Shown: positions 51,591 through 64,000 of the stretch, piece by piece
How positions within the stretch are numbered: the first letter of the stretch is position 1
How the letters are laid out: each line of letters starts with the position of its first letter
Assembly (NCBI GenBank): GCA_965235115.1
Contig: OZ249437.1
Coordinates: forward strand, 14,198,001-14,262,000
DNA from: Laetmonice hystrix
Lineage: Eukaryota
Direction: 5' to 3'
Length of the DNA: 64,000 nt
Made by a program: the position numbers and the translations under genes
Notes under the pieces: generated by a model
Told to the model about the DNA's origin: nothing
Database searches by the model: none
Seen by the model: the letters and a program-made list of their open reading frames with translations, nothing else

Positions 51591-54500
51591 TTAATAGACA
51601 CGGTCGTCAAACTTCTTCGCCTTGGAGTACATGTCACTGTAGACTTTGCCCAGGTTGTTATTGAAGAGTTCTCGGTGTGACTGCCCCTTGTACTCACTCG
51701 CTCTCTGAGTCCAATACTCGCCGTCGTTCACATGGACGAGACTGTGACAAAAACAAAACTTTACTCATCATTCTAGTCAGGATTTCTAAGCTGCCATTAA
51801 TACAATAAAAGTTATCAGATGATCTATCAGATGATTTATAAACTAAAGAGTTTGGGAAAAAGCAGCATGTGGTTTTAGATAACATCAAGCTCAGAATTTT
51901 TCAAGCGTCAAGCAATAAAGTAGTGTGAGTTAAAAAAGATGTTAATATTATACATTTAAGAAATGACATTGAGTAGAAGCGATCTGTTCCACTTGAGAAA
52001 ATGAGTTTCATCACACTCAAGGTAAATCATTGTGACTGAAAATAATGGAGCAAACTGACCATGGATGCAGATCTCGGGTCAACAACAATCTTTTTGACAA
52101 CTCCACTTCCTCCTCAGCAATACTACTCTATTCAAAGTTCGACTTTTGTCTGATGTAACTTTCCAGATTCAGACTACCAAACATCAAGTCTAATGGCCGT
52201 CTAAAAATGATATCTACCAGAAAGGGCAAACACACACCCAATGTCTCAAAGCTATTGGGAAGGGGCAAAACTTTTCATACTAAAGTCTGTTGGTCAGCCG
52301 GGAGCCCTGCATGAGGTCAGGTCAGGGGGTCAGGTAGATGGTGTTAGGAAAAACCAAAGTCAACAACCTGAGAGACCTCAAAGGTAGTAGTACCTCCTGT
52401 TTCTGGCAATCTCCAAGTCACGTTCCAGGTCACGGATCTTGTCAAAGTCTTCGTCATAGTAGTTGATGGCCTGAAACATGCATACATACTCATTCAGTAA
52501 CAAGATGAAAGCCCCTGAAACAGTTTCTAATGTTATTGTTGTAACAGGGTTCCCACAGGTTGGCTATATTGAAATTTCATGACTTCTCCATGACTTTTCC
52601 AGACCAAAATTCCCAAATTTCATGACCAATTCTGGATGAAATTATGGACTAAAATCCTACAATTGTCCCCGAAAAAATAAGTCGTGAAACTTTACAATTT
52701 AGACCCAACGTGCAGAAACTGAAATGTGGTTCAAAAGAAATCTCAAATTCCATGACACTCCCTTGTTTTTCTATTTTCCATGACTGGAAAACCAAATTCC
52801 ATTTTCCATGACTCTTCATGACCATGGGAACCCTGTGTAAGTCAAAGTGGTTTTCTGTATCATACATAAGTAAAATCTAAGGTTAACAGCAGCAAAATTA
52901 ATATTCACAGACCTGCCAGCATTTCACAATTTTTGTGAGTAGCAACATTCAGCCCCATGCTCCAAAGTGGCACAGCCAGGGCATGTGCCGCGTGCCAGGA
53001 CGCATGGTTAGGTACGGGAGGGGGATATCCCCCTTCTTCTGGGGGATATGGGGAGCCACCCCCCAAAATGAACTAAGGGTTCTTTCAGATGCATTCTGTG
53101 CACAATTTGAGCAGAAAGTGATGCCTAACATAGGCCCTTCTTTTTCAATCGGCAGTGAAAAGGTGATTTTTACGGTAAATAGCCATTTCTAGAGGTTTTT
53201 GATTAAGATATGAAGGACTGAGCATAGCAGCATAGTTGGAGTGTCAAATAATCTTCAGTCCCATATCACTGGTGACATATGGTCTGAATTCAAGGAGGAT
53301 TTTTGTTTCTAGTATTTCTGTATTGGTTTCTCCTGAAGACTTCACCTGGCCTCTGAAAAGACAAAGCCATGCTTGTCGACCTCATGTCACTTTTTAATTC
53401 AGAAAATCCTCTACATACCCCTCGTGAGGACGACCGGCGTCGCTGCTGCTCTCTTGAACGTCTTTCTCTTGACCTGTTCCGCTGCAGAGCTTCGTCAACG
53501 CGGCTTGCGATCGATCTGCTGAGATTGTCATCCTCAAAACGTTCCCGCAGAGACTGTCTGAGCGTGACAGGACTGGGTGAACGTTGGCGCTGGTACGAGT
53601 ATGCTGAGATTGGACGCGATGTGGAGCGGTAAATCACAGGTCCCGGATCGCTGACGTCAGACAGCACTGTGTGGCAAGAAGAATGGTGTACATACCATTC
53701 AGGGAATTACAGAGGGAATGAATAAATATCACATTCAGGTCTTGTGTGCCAAACTTCCAATTACAGAGGGAATGAAGAAATATCACATTCAGGTCTTGTG
53801 TGCCAAACTTCCAATTACAGAGGGAATGAAGAAATATCACATTCAGGTCTTGTGTGCCAAACTTCCCATTAATGGCTTATTCTCTTACCAATCCAAATGA
53901 ATTCAACTTACCATCTGACGAGTCATCCATTTCTGAGAGCGAGTAGCTAGAGTAATAAGAGTCTCTCAGTGGCTGTAGATAGAAGGAGAATATGAATGAA
54001 ATGGGCGATCATTAAATGTTTGGCGACAATATTCCATGTTCTCACAGCGAAATCAAGCAAGGCTCAACATATCAAAATATCTTAATATCTGACTGTGTCT
54101 TGGTAAAGTAATATTGATGAATAATACTTCTTAAAATACTTAATTCTTAATTTATTTAATTCTCAAACTAGTCTCTTGTGAATCTTTTGTAAAGCTTGTG
54201 GTCATAGATGATTTTTACATCTTGTTATTGACGGCCAACTTCAAGATTACTACACATCTTAACCCAAGTGTGGATTGGTACTTCTAATAATATGTGTAGT
54301 TGTGAAAAAAGTTACGGCGGGTGCTCGCCATACCTTGTGTGAGTAACTGTACCATGGTCTAGAACCAACCAAGCGATAGTCCTCATCAAGATAGGAATCA
54401 ACGCCACCTACTGGTGAAAAGAACATTCAACTGTGGTAACGCAGTGCGGCTAGTATGCAAGCCTTGAATTTAGTTTCTCTTATCATCAAACAGCTGGAAC

Positions 54501-57500
54501 ACACTAACAGTATCTGAGAACATGTAGCAATCAGTTTAGAGGCTTCTGGCTTTGGCAAGTATGTGCTTGAATTCACTTTGGTGTGATCCAGCTTCATGAT
54601 CTGAGAGACTACAAGTGGTCAACTAAAGGCAACACGAAGAATTAACATACATGCACAACTTACAACTCATTATACAGTAATATACCAGTACTACTTTCAA
54701 TGTTTCAGTGTTTAACTGAATCAAACGGAATGTCATGAGGTGTTTTTAATGAAATAATAGCCAAAAGATCGATGCTGTTTCAATGTAATAAAAGTACTAC
54801 AAATGCTTCTTCGTGCTGCCAGAATCAGTAAAGTAACTTTGGTGTTTTGTCAAACCATGCCAATTTCACGGTTGACGTGAACATGTCTGTGAACTTAATC
54901 AAAAACAATTTCAGGATACAGCAATGCAAACTGTGAAAAACTTAATTAAATCAGAGGGCTACAGAACATGCAAAAAATAATCTCCGGCATATTTAGTCAA
55001 CGACTGCCCCCAGGTGGCGCCAGCATGCCCAGACTGACCTCTAGCACAGATGTATCACTCCCACCACCTCTGCCTACCATGGGAGGAGATAGAAGTCAAC
55101 AGTTACTAACAAATAGATTTACTAATGACTATTAATTGGACCAAATGCTCCTTCAGCTTGCTGTGCTGTCTAACCATTGCTACTCTTGTCAATCATGTCA
55201 ATTTCTTGGCAGCCCTTTGCCCCCCCCCCCCCCCCCCCCTAACAACCTGGTTGAAAACATCCAAAGTGTATGTCTAGCCCTTTACACCTCTTGTGCCACT
55301 GGGATCATTTAGAATAATATAATTATTATCTATATTTCCTAATGACATATCTTGACTACTGACAGCAATGGCCAGGCACAGCATGAAAATTAAGCAGGTC
55401 AGAAGGTCTCGGCAGCCTAGGTAGCAGATATTTCATCATGCTCGACCCATACCATGGTGTGGTCCATTCGCTTGGTAACCTGGACAAATCTATGGGTGTG
55501 GCCAGTCGGGTGGTAGTTGGGGGAATGCCCCCAGTATGGTCGGCCTGTGTGCTGTAAGTACAGCTCACAAACAGTACAGCTGGGCTTGTCCTTGGCCGCT
55601 TTATGACATAATGTACAATGCCTTGACAAAGTTGATGTTGAACCTTTCTTGGTTTTCTTGACCTTTCTTTTGACTGCCAACAAATGTTTGGGACCAAAGG
55701 GGGAAAACAATTGCAAGTTCATTAGATTTCACCACCTACGAGCAAGAAAAGTACGTAAGTGATCTGGTAGACTGCAATCCTGAAACAGTAGGCCTACTGT
55801 ACACCAATGTGGCCTGGAAATGGACAGTGCATTAGCAATTCATAGTGTAGTAGTAGTAGTTTAACTGACCCAAGTACAATTGGACTCGGGGACTCACACC
55901 ATACCTGCTGCTATCAACATTTTGGAAATAAATCAACCTCAGACTCTATAGAAACAACACTGGTTCAATATAACAATCAAATTAGTGAAAACCTTTTGTC
56001 AAACCAGTACCTCTCAACGCATGGTGATATTCTTTACAAGTACAAATCTGATCAAAATTACTTGCTAAAACTTTGATGTTGCCAGACAAGAATTTATTTA
56101 AATAGCTACCATCTGCATTGTTCTTTGAATTTTGTAACTGATGTTATTTTGTGACTTACCTGTCGTGTGTCTGGGGGGAGAGCGGGATTTGCTGCGGCGT
56201 AGTTTGTGTGGGCAGGGGTGCCGTGTACCAGGATGGCGTCCGATCAAACCAGATTCGACCTTTGTGCGGGAAAGCTATGGTAACAATTACATGGTAAAGT
56301 ACCTACCTATACTGCACTATACTACCTGTCATCATGTAAAATGTTTTATCTTTTCATTACAGAGCTCCAACAATTCACAACTAAATGTGTAGAGCACACA
56401 CCTACCCCAGAAATTCATTTACAATATATTAGCAAATGTTAATATTAGTGGTGGAACACGGAATCCTCACTTTTGACTTGATTTTTTTTTAAACAATGCC
56501 GAATGATACCATTGACCACAGAAAGTTTTACAGTTACCCTAGTTTTTCTTCAAATTTGTAACAAGTTTCTGAGTCCTTTCAACAAATTTGCCAGTTAACA
56601 AACAGCCAGCATGGTTGCCACTTTTTTTTATCTCTTTTGGGCTCTTTTTCTTTATTTGGGCATGTTTATTACCGACACCTTTCTTCCATATAATATTGTT
56701 CCTTCAGCATTATAATTCAATGATCAATTTACAGTTGATTTAAAAAGATGATTGATATCAGATTGCCCAGTTTAATTCCACTAGTTCCCATCTACCAAGT
56801 GTTTCTTTGTAGTTTAAAAATGGTCTGTAACCATACCATTGACCATACTATGGTTCTTACCTTCCGGACAACAAAGGGAGGCTTATTATCATCATCTATT
56901 AACGAGTCTCGTAGCGACATGTTCTCAAGCTTCCTCGCTACACCTGGCGATGGCGATCTAGAATGAGAAATAGATGCTATCGTCGGCCGTCGGTGTCGGT
57001 AGCTGACCTGCTTAGACTTCCCAGGTGAGGATCTCTTTTTAGATCTGCGTGAAGTTAACAGAGAGAGGAGAGTAGCATGGCAGTGCACAAAGACAGAGAT
57101 GGTGGACGACAGTTCACAACACTCATGCGACAACCTGTCTGGGACAATTTTGGGTGGGACAATAATGAAAGAAGGATTCAAATGTTATTCAGGGGAATTA
57201 TGTTTAGATCCTCTCTTTTTTTACATATCTCAGAAATTACAAGATATATCAAACATAAGGTACACTACCTGCGTTTTGAGGTTTTTACAATTTACCAGGA
57301 TCAGTCAGTTCCTCAAAACACATACACATGTAGGAAACTGTAGGCCTACATGTTCAACATTCAGGTGAACATGAGTGAAGTGGCCCTATGTAAGACTAGA
57401 GGAAGGTGAGTTACCCTGTCACCAAACTAATGTGCAACACGTGTATCGTAAGTGACATCAAACATATACAACAGGTTATGGTGCACTCCAGTACTAACAC

Positions 57501-58791
57501 TAGTCCCAGATAAAGGTTCTCAATAAAAGAAATTTAGGAACCAAGGTCTTTGGCAAATGAAATTTACTAATGGCCAGACATCTGCTATGAAAAGTATTGT
57601 TATTAGCACCTTCATCTTGTAAATACACACAACACTGGTGAGTTAAATAAAACACACACTAAAGAACCCAACTCAAGGATGTACATGTGTATTGGGGCCT
57701 TGATAAGACAATGCAAGTTCTACAACTTACAAGCATAGGAATCCAAGGCACCAAAAAGCATTGCAATATATATCTCATACAAAGGTGCAGTGCTACATTA
57801 TTACAGTGTACAGCAATTCTACATTTTGCAAGATGGAGCCACCGTGCTAAAGTCAAAAATCGACCATGAGTTTAGTGCCAGGTGATTGCTCCTCTAAACC
57901 CCAGACCCCAGGCAGTCTGCAGGCCACAGAACATTACAAATACATGTGTACACCCTTTACAATAAACACCCCTACGACAGTACCTCAGCACTTATAAAGC
58001 ATATTCCAAACGATATGGCTACACTGATAACCTAACCAGTCGAGTCGAATGTTCAGTTGGGAGTCAGGAAGTGACAGCATGGGGTACAAATGGGGCTTTA
58101 TATGTTGGCAGTTTATATCCTTTATGTAAATTTTAATTTCTTACAGTTCCCCTGGTAAGTAGTGGCAAATCTAAGGATACATAAAATCCCATGGGGAACT
58201 TTATGAACATAAAAGAATACATAACAAAAATATTCACAATATTCTTTTAATAAAAATAAATTTGGGGTTAGGCAAGTCTGACTCACCTTAATCTGGTCAT
58301 AGAGTGACTTCTCCGAGGTGAGCGGGATGAACGCGCTCTCTGCTTCTGTGAAATCAAATAATCAGTCTGAATTAGCCCCATTATAATACCTTCTCTGGCT
58401 CTCTGATCAACTGATTCATTATATCATCTCATCATATTATCTTCTCTCATTATCCAGTGCTTTTGAAATAACAACGCCTGTTATTTCCCTTACATTACCA
58501 TGGTTTGCAATGATATCCTTCTATTATTTTGTTTTATTGCCCCAATTAGAATTTGTCTGATACAATGCTAGTATTTTTAAAAAAAAGATAAATAAAAATA
58601 AAGACCAAGAGTTGTTGATTATCCCATTCTTATTGAATCTGATTCATGACAAACAACGCAGACTATGATGGAGCTAGCCTCACCATCATACTGTCGTGAA
58701 TGAGGTGAACATCATGCATGGGGTCGAGGACAGGTCGTTCCACCTCCTTCAGAACCGTTTTGGTCGAGAACTCCAACTTTGGTGCGATACC
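51591..58791 (-). CDS. SPATA6: Spermatogenesis-associated protein 6 (SPATA6/SPATA6L family), 3' portion; N-terminal exons not found in the window
   Basis: Exons 58684-58791, 58287-58345, 56861-57044, 56160-56259, 54334-54410 (or 55453-55673), 53912-53972, 53419-53666, 52394-52470, 51591-51741; phase-consistent. Peptides GIAPKLEFSTKTVLKE, RPTIASISHSRSPSP...KPPFVVRKV, RSPSPVTLRQSLRERF and VHVNDGEYWTQRASEYKGQSHRELFNNNLGKVYSDMYSKA match recalled SPATA6 conserved blocks. Confidence 0.9.
52545..52835. mobile_element. 291-bp hAT5-like MITE, TIR CAGGGTTCCCA, 5-bp TSD TGTAA
   Basis: TSD at 52540-52544 and 52836-52840; internal (c)catgac repeats. Confidence 0.88.
53705..53866. repeat. 54-bp tandem repeat x3 in a short SPATA6 intron
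   Basis: aattacagagggaatgaa... at 53705, 53759, 53813. Confidence 0.95.
55453..55673 (-). CDS. SPATA6: Candidate alternative SPATA6 exon (Lys-rich plus Cys/His-rich)
   Basis: ttgttggcag| acceptor and ATG|gtatgg donor, 221 nt, phase 1 to 0; encodes KRKVKKTKKG...CTLCHK...CTVCELYLQHTGRPYWGHSPNYHPTGHTH. Confidence 0.55.
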
Positions 58792-59689
58792 CTGCAAGAA
58801 GAAAGCAATAACATGCATCAGTCTACTGTGAACCTTAGGCACTTTTTGTCTGCGTTACAGGTTCAAATTCCACTGTTTGAGGTTAGAGTGAATATCCCGT
58901 GGACAAGTGTTAACCAAGATCTGACAAAGTCTACCAGAGACAGTATGACCTGCATGATTGTATAAGATTAAGAGTAACACAGGAGACATAAAATGTAGGA
59001 CCCATTCACACCTATTTACATCTGCTAGATGTATTGTACAAGCAGAAAACTTCAATACCAATGCAGGGTAAACACTTCACTAGCACTTCACTGTTAGTAC
59101 TTTCAAATAAATTTAGGACATTTTGACAAATGTTAAGGACTTTTTCCTCAATAAAAATTGGTTGGGTACTTTGCTTCAAAGATCCTTTGAGATACATGGT
59201 TCTTCGCTATACGGTACATCAATTCATCAAGGTGACCACAGCCTAATACTTGGATAATGTTGCTATTTAAAAAATGTCCACTCCAGCTAGAAATCAATAA
59301 TCTATGGTGCAGGTGATAAATAACATGGAATACTGGTAAATCTTTTCGATTCTTTGTAAAGAGAAGCAAGTTTTTAAGGACATTGTTCTAAAGTTAGGTT
59401 CGAGAGGGCAAGGTCCCCTCCGGACAGGCAGGTTCTTATGTCATTATGAACTAACAATGCAATACTTCCTATGGACTTGTTCCAAAATTTCTGAAAAACA
59501 AACTTATTCAGTGATAAGATTACGAAAATATTCCTACTTGTCGCTACAACTTCGGCTATGGCCAGTGTACAGGTCTATATAAATAATCACATTGTAAAGG
59601 CCATTTCTCTCAGTCTAGGCCGATATTTTTGTCCAGCTTTGAAATCCTAATTAATGTAACCTACAGGTAGCTGACCACTCCTGACCATC

Positions 59690-61275
59690 CAACCACCTCA
59701 ACCATGTGACAAGCCCCGACCACCCCGATCTCCCCACCCACCCTCAACCACCCTGACCATGTGACAAGCCCTGACCACCCCGATCCCCCCACCCACCCTC
59801 AACCACCCTGACCATGTGACAAGCCCTGACCACCCCGATCCCCCCACCCACCCTCAACCACCCTGACCATGTGACACCCTGACCACCCCGATCTACCCAC
59901 CCAACCCTCAACCACCCTGACCATGTGACAAGCCCTGACCACCCCGATCTCCTCAACCACCCTGACCATGTGACAAGCCCTGACCACCCCGATCTCCCCA
60001 CCCACCCTCAACCACCCTGACCATGTGACACACCTGACCACCCCAATCTCCCCACCCACCCTCAACCACCCTGACCATGTGACACGCCCTGACCACCCGA
60101 TCTCCCCACCCACCCTCAACCACCCTGACCATGTGACAAGCCCTGACCACCCCGATCTCCCCACCCACCCTCAACCACCCTGACCATGTGACAAGCCCTG
60201 ACCACCCCGATCTCCCCACCCACCCTCAACCACCCTGACCATGTGACACACCTGACCACCCCGATCTCCCCACCCACCCTCAACCACCCTGACCATGTGA
60301 CAAGCCCTGACCACTCAACCAGCCCGACCACCCCAACCATCTCACCCATCCTGACCACCCTTACCACCCCAACCATCTCCCCAGGCCTGAAATTAAGGAA
60401 AATTTGCATAACCCATTTTTCGTTCCCCTGTTTTTTATTTGAGATAACCGACAGGCGAACGAAACGATTGTTCGCGTCTTAAAATCAGGCCTGTCTCCCC
60501 CAACCTGATCGCCCTAACCACCCCAACCATCTCACACATCCTGATCACCCTTACCACCCCAACCATCTTACCCATCCTGACCACCCCAACCATCTCACCC
60601 ATCCTGACCACCCTAACCACCCCAACCATCTCACCCATCCTGATCACCCTAACCACCCCAACCATCTTCCCCAACCTGATCACCCTAACCAGCCCAACCA
60701 TCTTCCCCAACCTGATCATCCTAACCACCCCAACCATCTTCCCCAACCTGATCACCCTAACCACCCCAACCATCTCCCCCATCCTGACCACCCCAACCAT
60801 CTCACCCATCCTGACCACCCTTACCACCCCAACCATCTCCCCCAACCAGATCACCCTAACCACCCCAACCATCTCCCCCAACCAGATCACCCTAACCAGC
60901 CCAACCATTTCACCCATCCTGACCACCCTAACCAGCCCGACCACCCTAACCATCTCCCCCATCCTGACCACCCTAACCACCCCAACCATCTCACCCATCC
61001 TGATCACCCTAACCACCCCAACCATCTCCCCCAACCTGATCACCCTAACCACCCCAACCATCTCACCCATCCTGACCACCCCAACCATCTCACCCATCCT
61101 GACCACCCCAACCATCTCACCCATCCTTACCACCCTAACCACCCCAACCATCTCACCCATCCTGATCACCCTAACCACCCCAACCATCTCCCCCATCCTT
61201 ACCACCCTAACCACCCCAACCATCTCACCCATCCTGACCACTCTAACCAGCCCGACCACCCCAACCATCTGTCCA
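59690..61275. repeat. C/A-rich compound minisatellite (~55-bp units, then ~27-36-bp units)
   Basis: caccccgatctccccacccaccctcaaccaccctgaccatgtgacaagcc... then aaccatctcacccatcctgaccaccctaaccacccc; source of the repetitive ORFs 59744-61301. Confidence 0.95.
60382..60493. mobile_element. 112-bp mini-MITE, TIR CAGGCCTGA(A/T)(A/T)TTAAG, 6-bp TSD TCTCCC
   Basis: TSD at 60376-60381 and 60494-60499; the empty site aaccatctcccccaacctgat appears in neighbouring units (e.g. ~61021). Confidence 0.85.
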
Positions 61276-62005
61276 CCAAGATACATGTATTCCAATGGCA
61301 ATGCATTTCTGTTAACCTAATCAATCTGGGGGTGTCATCTGACCCATCCAGGTCAGGGGGCCTGAGGTAGGGAAAACCTTGTCGTTGGGAAAGTAGTTGA
61401 GTACAGAGAAGGGAAAACTCTTCCCACAGCCTTCAAGTTCAAGCACTGTACGCTGAAATCAACAACGGTGACTGCAAATAAAAATATCCCGACCACTTTG
61501 TTGTTGGAGTACAGAGCGTGATGGTGAGACCTTGTGCAATCTGTCTACCATGAACACGATCTAACTCAACAGTCAAAGTCAGCCACAGGCAATACACTCT
61601 CATTTAATGGAACATGCTTTGGCACTCTGGCTGGTAATATCCCCTCGCAAAGTCAGTCTCCTAGTTTTTCCACACGTAATCAATCAATGATCAATAAAAT
61701 TCAATTGAGGAATTCAAGTAATTTATTGATTGATTTTGCCCCAAGATTCTAAATCCAAGATTCAATCAATATGAAGAGATCACTTGAGGCCAATTAGAAT
61801 TTAAAATCTGGGGCCTGCCCCCTTTCTGCATCAAATTTAATTATTTCTCTTTTTTCTCTCTCTCTCTCCCCCCCCCCTTTATTTACAAAAGCTCAGCCTA
61901 GCTTGAAACAGTTTGTCCTACCACTGGTAGTCCCAGAACATGTCCCTGGTACTCACTTCACAATACTTGTCAGCCCGAGATCCTTGCAAGGTCATCAACT
62001 AAACG

Positions 62006-63258
62006 TCAAATAATATCCGGGTTAGTGTTCCCCATACACAGCCAGCATCTCCACACATACTCAGGGATGTGCCCTGCGGCAGAGACTACAGCGACATCAA
62101 ATAATATTCGGGTTAGTGTTCCCCATACACAGCCAGCATGTCTTTCATCAACATCTCCACACATACTCAGGGATGTGCCCTGTGGCAGAGACTACAGCGA
62201 CATCAAATAATATTCGGGTTAGTGTTCCCCATACACAGCCAGCATGTCTTTCATCAACATCTCCACACATACTCAGGGATGTGCCCTGTGGCAGAGACTA
62301 CAGCGACATCAAATAATATTCGGGTTAGTGTTCCCCATACACAGCCAGCATGTCTTTCATCAACATCTCCACACATACTCAGGGATGTGCCCTGCGGCAG
62401 AGACTACAGCGACATCAAATAATATTCGGGTTAGTGTTCCCCATACACAGCCAGCATGTCTTTCATCAACATCTCCACACATACTCAGGGATGTGCCCTG
62501 CGGCAGAGACGACAGCGACATCAAATAATATTCGGGTTAGTGTTCCCCATACACAGCCAGCATGTCTTTCATCAACATCTCCACACATACTCAGGGATGT
62601 GCCCTGCGGCAGAGACTACAGCGACATCAAATAATATTCGGGTTAGTGTTCCCCATACACAGCCAGCATGTCTTTCACCAACATCTCCACACATACTGAG
62701 GGATGTGCCCTGCGGCAGAGACTACAGCGACATCAAATAATATTCGGGTTAGTGTTCCCCATGTAGAGCCAGCATGTCTTTCACCAACATCTCCACACAT
62801 ACTGAGGGATGTGCCCTGCGGCAGAGACGACAGCGACATCAAATAATATTCGGGTTAGTGTTCCCCATACACAGCCAGCATGTCTTTCATCAACATCTCC
62901 ACACATACTCAGGGATGTGCCCTGCGGCAGAGACTACAGCGACATCAAATAATATTCGGGTTAGTGTTCCCCATACACAGCCAGCATGTCTTTCATCAAC
63001 ATCTCCACACATACTCAGGGATGTGCCCTGTGGCAGAGACTACAGCGACATCAAATAATATTCGGGTTAGTGTTCCCCATACACAGCCAGCATGTCTTTC
63101 ATCAACATCTCCACACATACTGAGGGATGTGCCCTGTGGCAGAGACTACAGCGACATCAAATAATATTCGGGTTAGTGTTCCCCATACACAGCCAGCATG
63201 TCTTTCATCAACATCTCCACACATACTGAGGGATGTGCCCTGCCGCAGAGACTACAGG
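62006..63258. repeat. 106-bp tandem repeat, ~12 highly homogeneous copies
   Basis: cgggttagtg at 62018, 62109, 62215 ... 63169 (106-bp period; the first unit lacks 15 bp). Confidence 0.97.
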
Positions 63259-64000
63259 GACTTTGATCTTAAATTTTCTCTTTCCTCCCCAGTGCCTTCT
63301 CTGTTTTGATCTTCATTGAACTATCCTGCTTTCGTGGCTTCCCTTTTTTTTTATCAGTTTATGATAGATCTGTGATCTATAATTTACTTGAGTGACTGTA
63401 TAAACCCAAGGGCACCTGCTCAGTTACATGTCAAACTGCAACGGCAGAGTTTCCCTTGGCTCCAAACTATTATCGACCTTCTAGATTGGAAAACATTAGC
63501 GGCCTAACGACCATCTCTCGTTCAAGATAAAGTTACACCCTGCTAGGCTTACTGTCTGTGATCTCATTGTAATTCACTTCGCGATCCCTGACCTACATAC
63601 CTACCAGCTGCCCCCCCCCCCCCCCCACCAGAACAGGCCCAAGCCTGGCGGAGTTCAGGCCCCACTTGAATCCCATTGATTCCCACACAGCCCAGACTGA
63701 GCCGAGCACATTTTTCTGTTGGGTAGTCTAGATGAATCAAAGTGTGCAGGATCAGGCTTACACTCTGTGGATTAAAGTCCACTTACTAGAATCAAGTATG
63801 GTTGCTAACCTGGGTTTTACACTCTGGTTTTAACCCCTCTCACAGCCTGACAAGAGGGAGAGTACTCAAAAATTGGCATCCATTTTCCTACACTTGCCAC
63901 TGAGGTACAAACGACATGTAACAAAAATTGAACGAAATGCTTTCTTCATAATTATAGTTCAAGAGGAACAGCATTTTGTAAGTGAAAGGTCATTTGATTG

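Noticed and set aside
58855-59369. Chain of minus-strand ORFs resembling a frameshifted TE protein
   Set aside because: No recognisable motif; lies in a SPATA6 intron, and the only real coding segment nearby is exon 58684-58791.
60435-61301. 288-aa ORF (MVGVVRVVRMGE repeats), the longest in the track
   Set aside because: Produced by a stop-poor minisatellite; no domain content or splice context.
61330-61470. Possible upstream SPATA6 exon
   Set aside because: The open frames after the candidate acceptors show no similarity to the expected SPATA6 N-terminal region.
62006-63258. CRISPR-like regular array (also considered for the 13.1-15.2, 30.5-32.6 and 49.8-50.2 kb arrays)
   Set aside because: Units are contiguous near-identical tandem repeats without unique spacers, there are no cas genes, and the context is eukaryotic and intron-rich.

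Overview
Intron-rich eukaryotic (metazoan) genomic DNA. It is probably a marine invertebrate such as an echinoderm; this is inferred from vertebrate-like exon structures, long poly-G/C runs and abundant TAGGCCTA motifs. I rebuilt gene models by hand from splice sites and reading phase. From left to right: (1) a minus-strand gene for a secreted protein with a divergent SUEL-lectin-like domain (~0.9-4.3 kb); (2) a complete 12-exon MFSD14A/HIAT1 transporter gene (-, 12188-26616); (3) a satellite and an internally deleted Ty3/Gypsy relic (30.5-35.8 kb); (4) cystinosin CTNS (-, 36425 to ~43.9 kb), head-to-head with (5) MRPL55 (+, 44281-47368); (6) the 3' part of SPATA6 (-, 51591-58791, 5' exons not found in the window). 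Introns and spacers hold about 15 non-autonomous TIR elements, several hAT-like with 5- or 6-bp target-site duplications, plus many minisatellites. Most ORFs in the supplied track are artefacts of repeats or exon read-through. The most unusual structure is MFSD14 intron 9. An 86-bp minisatellite built from the gene's own intron/exon-10 junction places 15 decoy 3' splice sites ahead of the real one. A MITE sits in the middle of that array, and a near-identical copy has inserted into it in reverse orientation, each with a 6-bp TSD. Other leads are candidate mutually exclusive SPATA6 exons, a tight CTNS/MRPL55 bidirectional promoter with CLEAR/M-box-like motifs, and a transposon carrying a Ulp1-protease fragment. 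No prokaryotic-type system (CRISPR, operon) is present.
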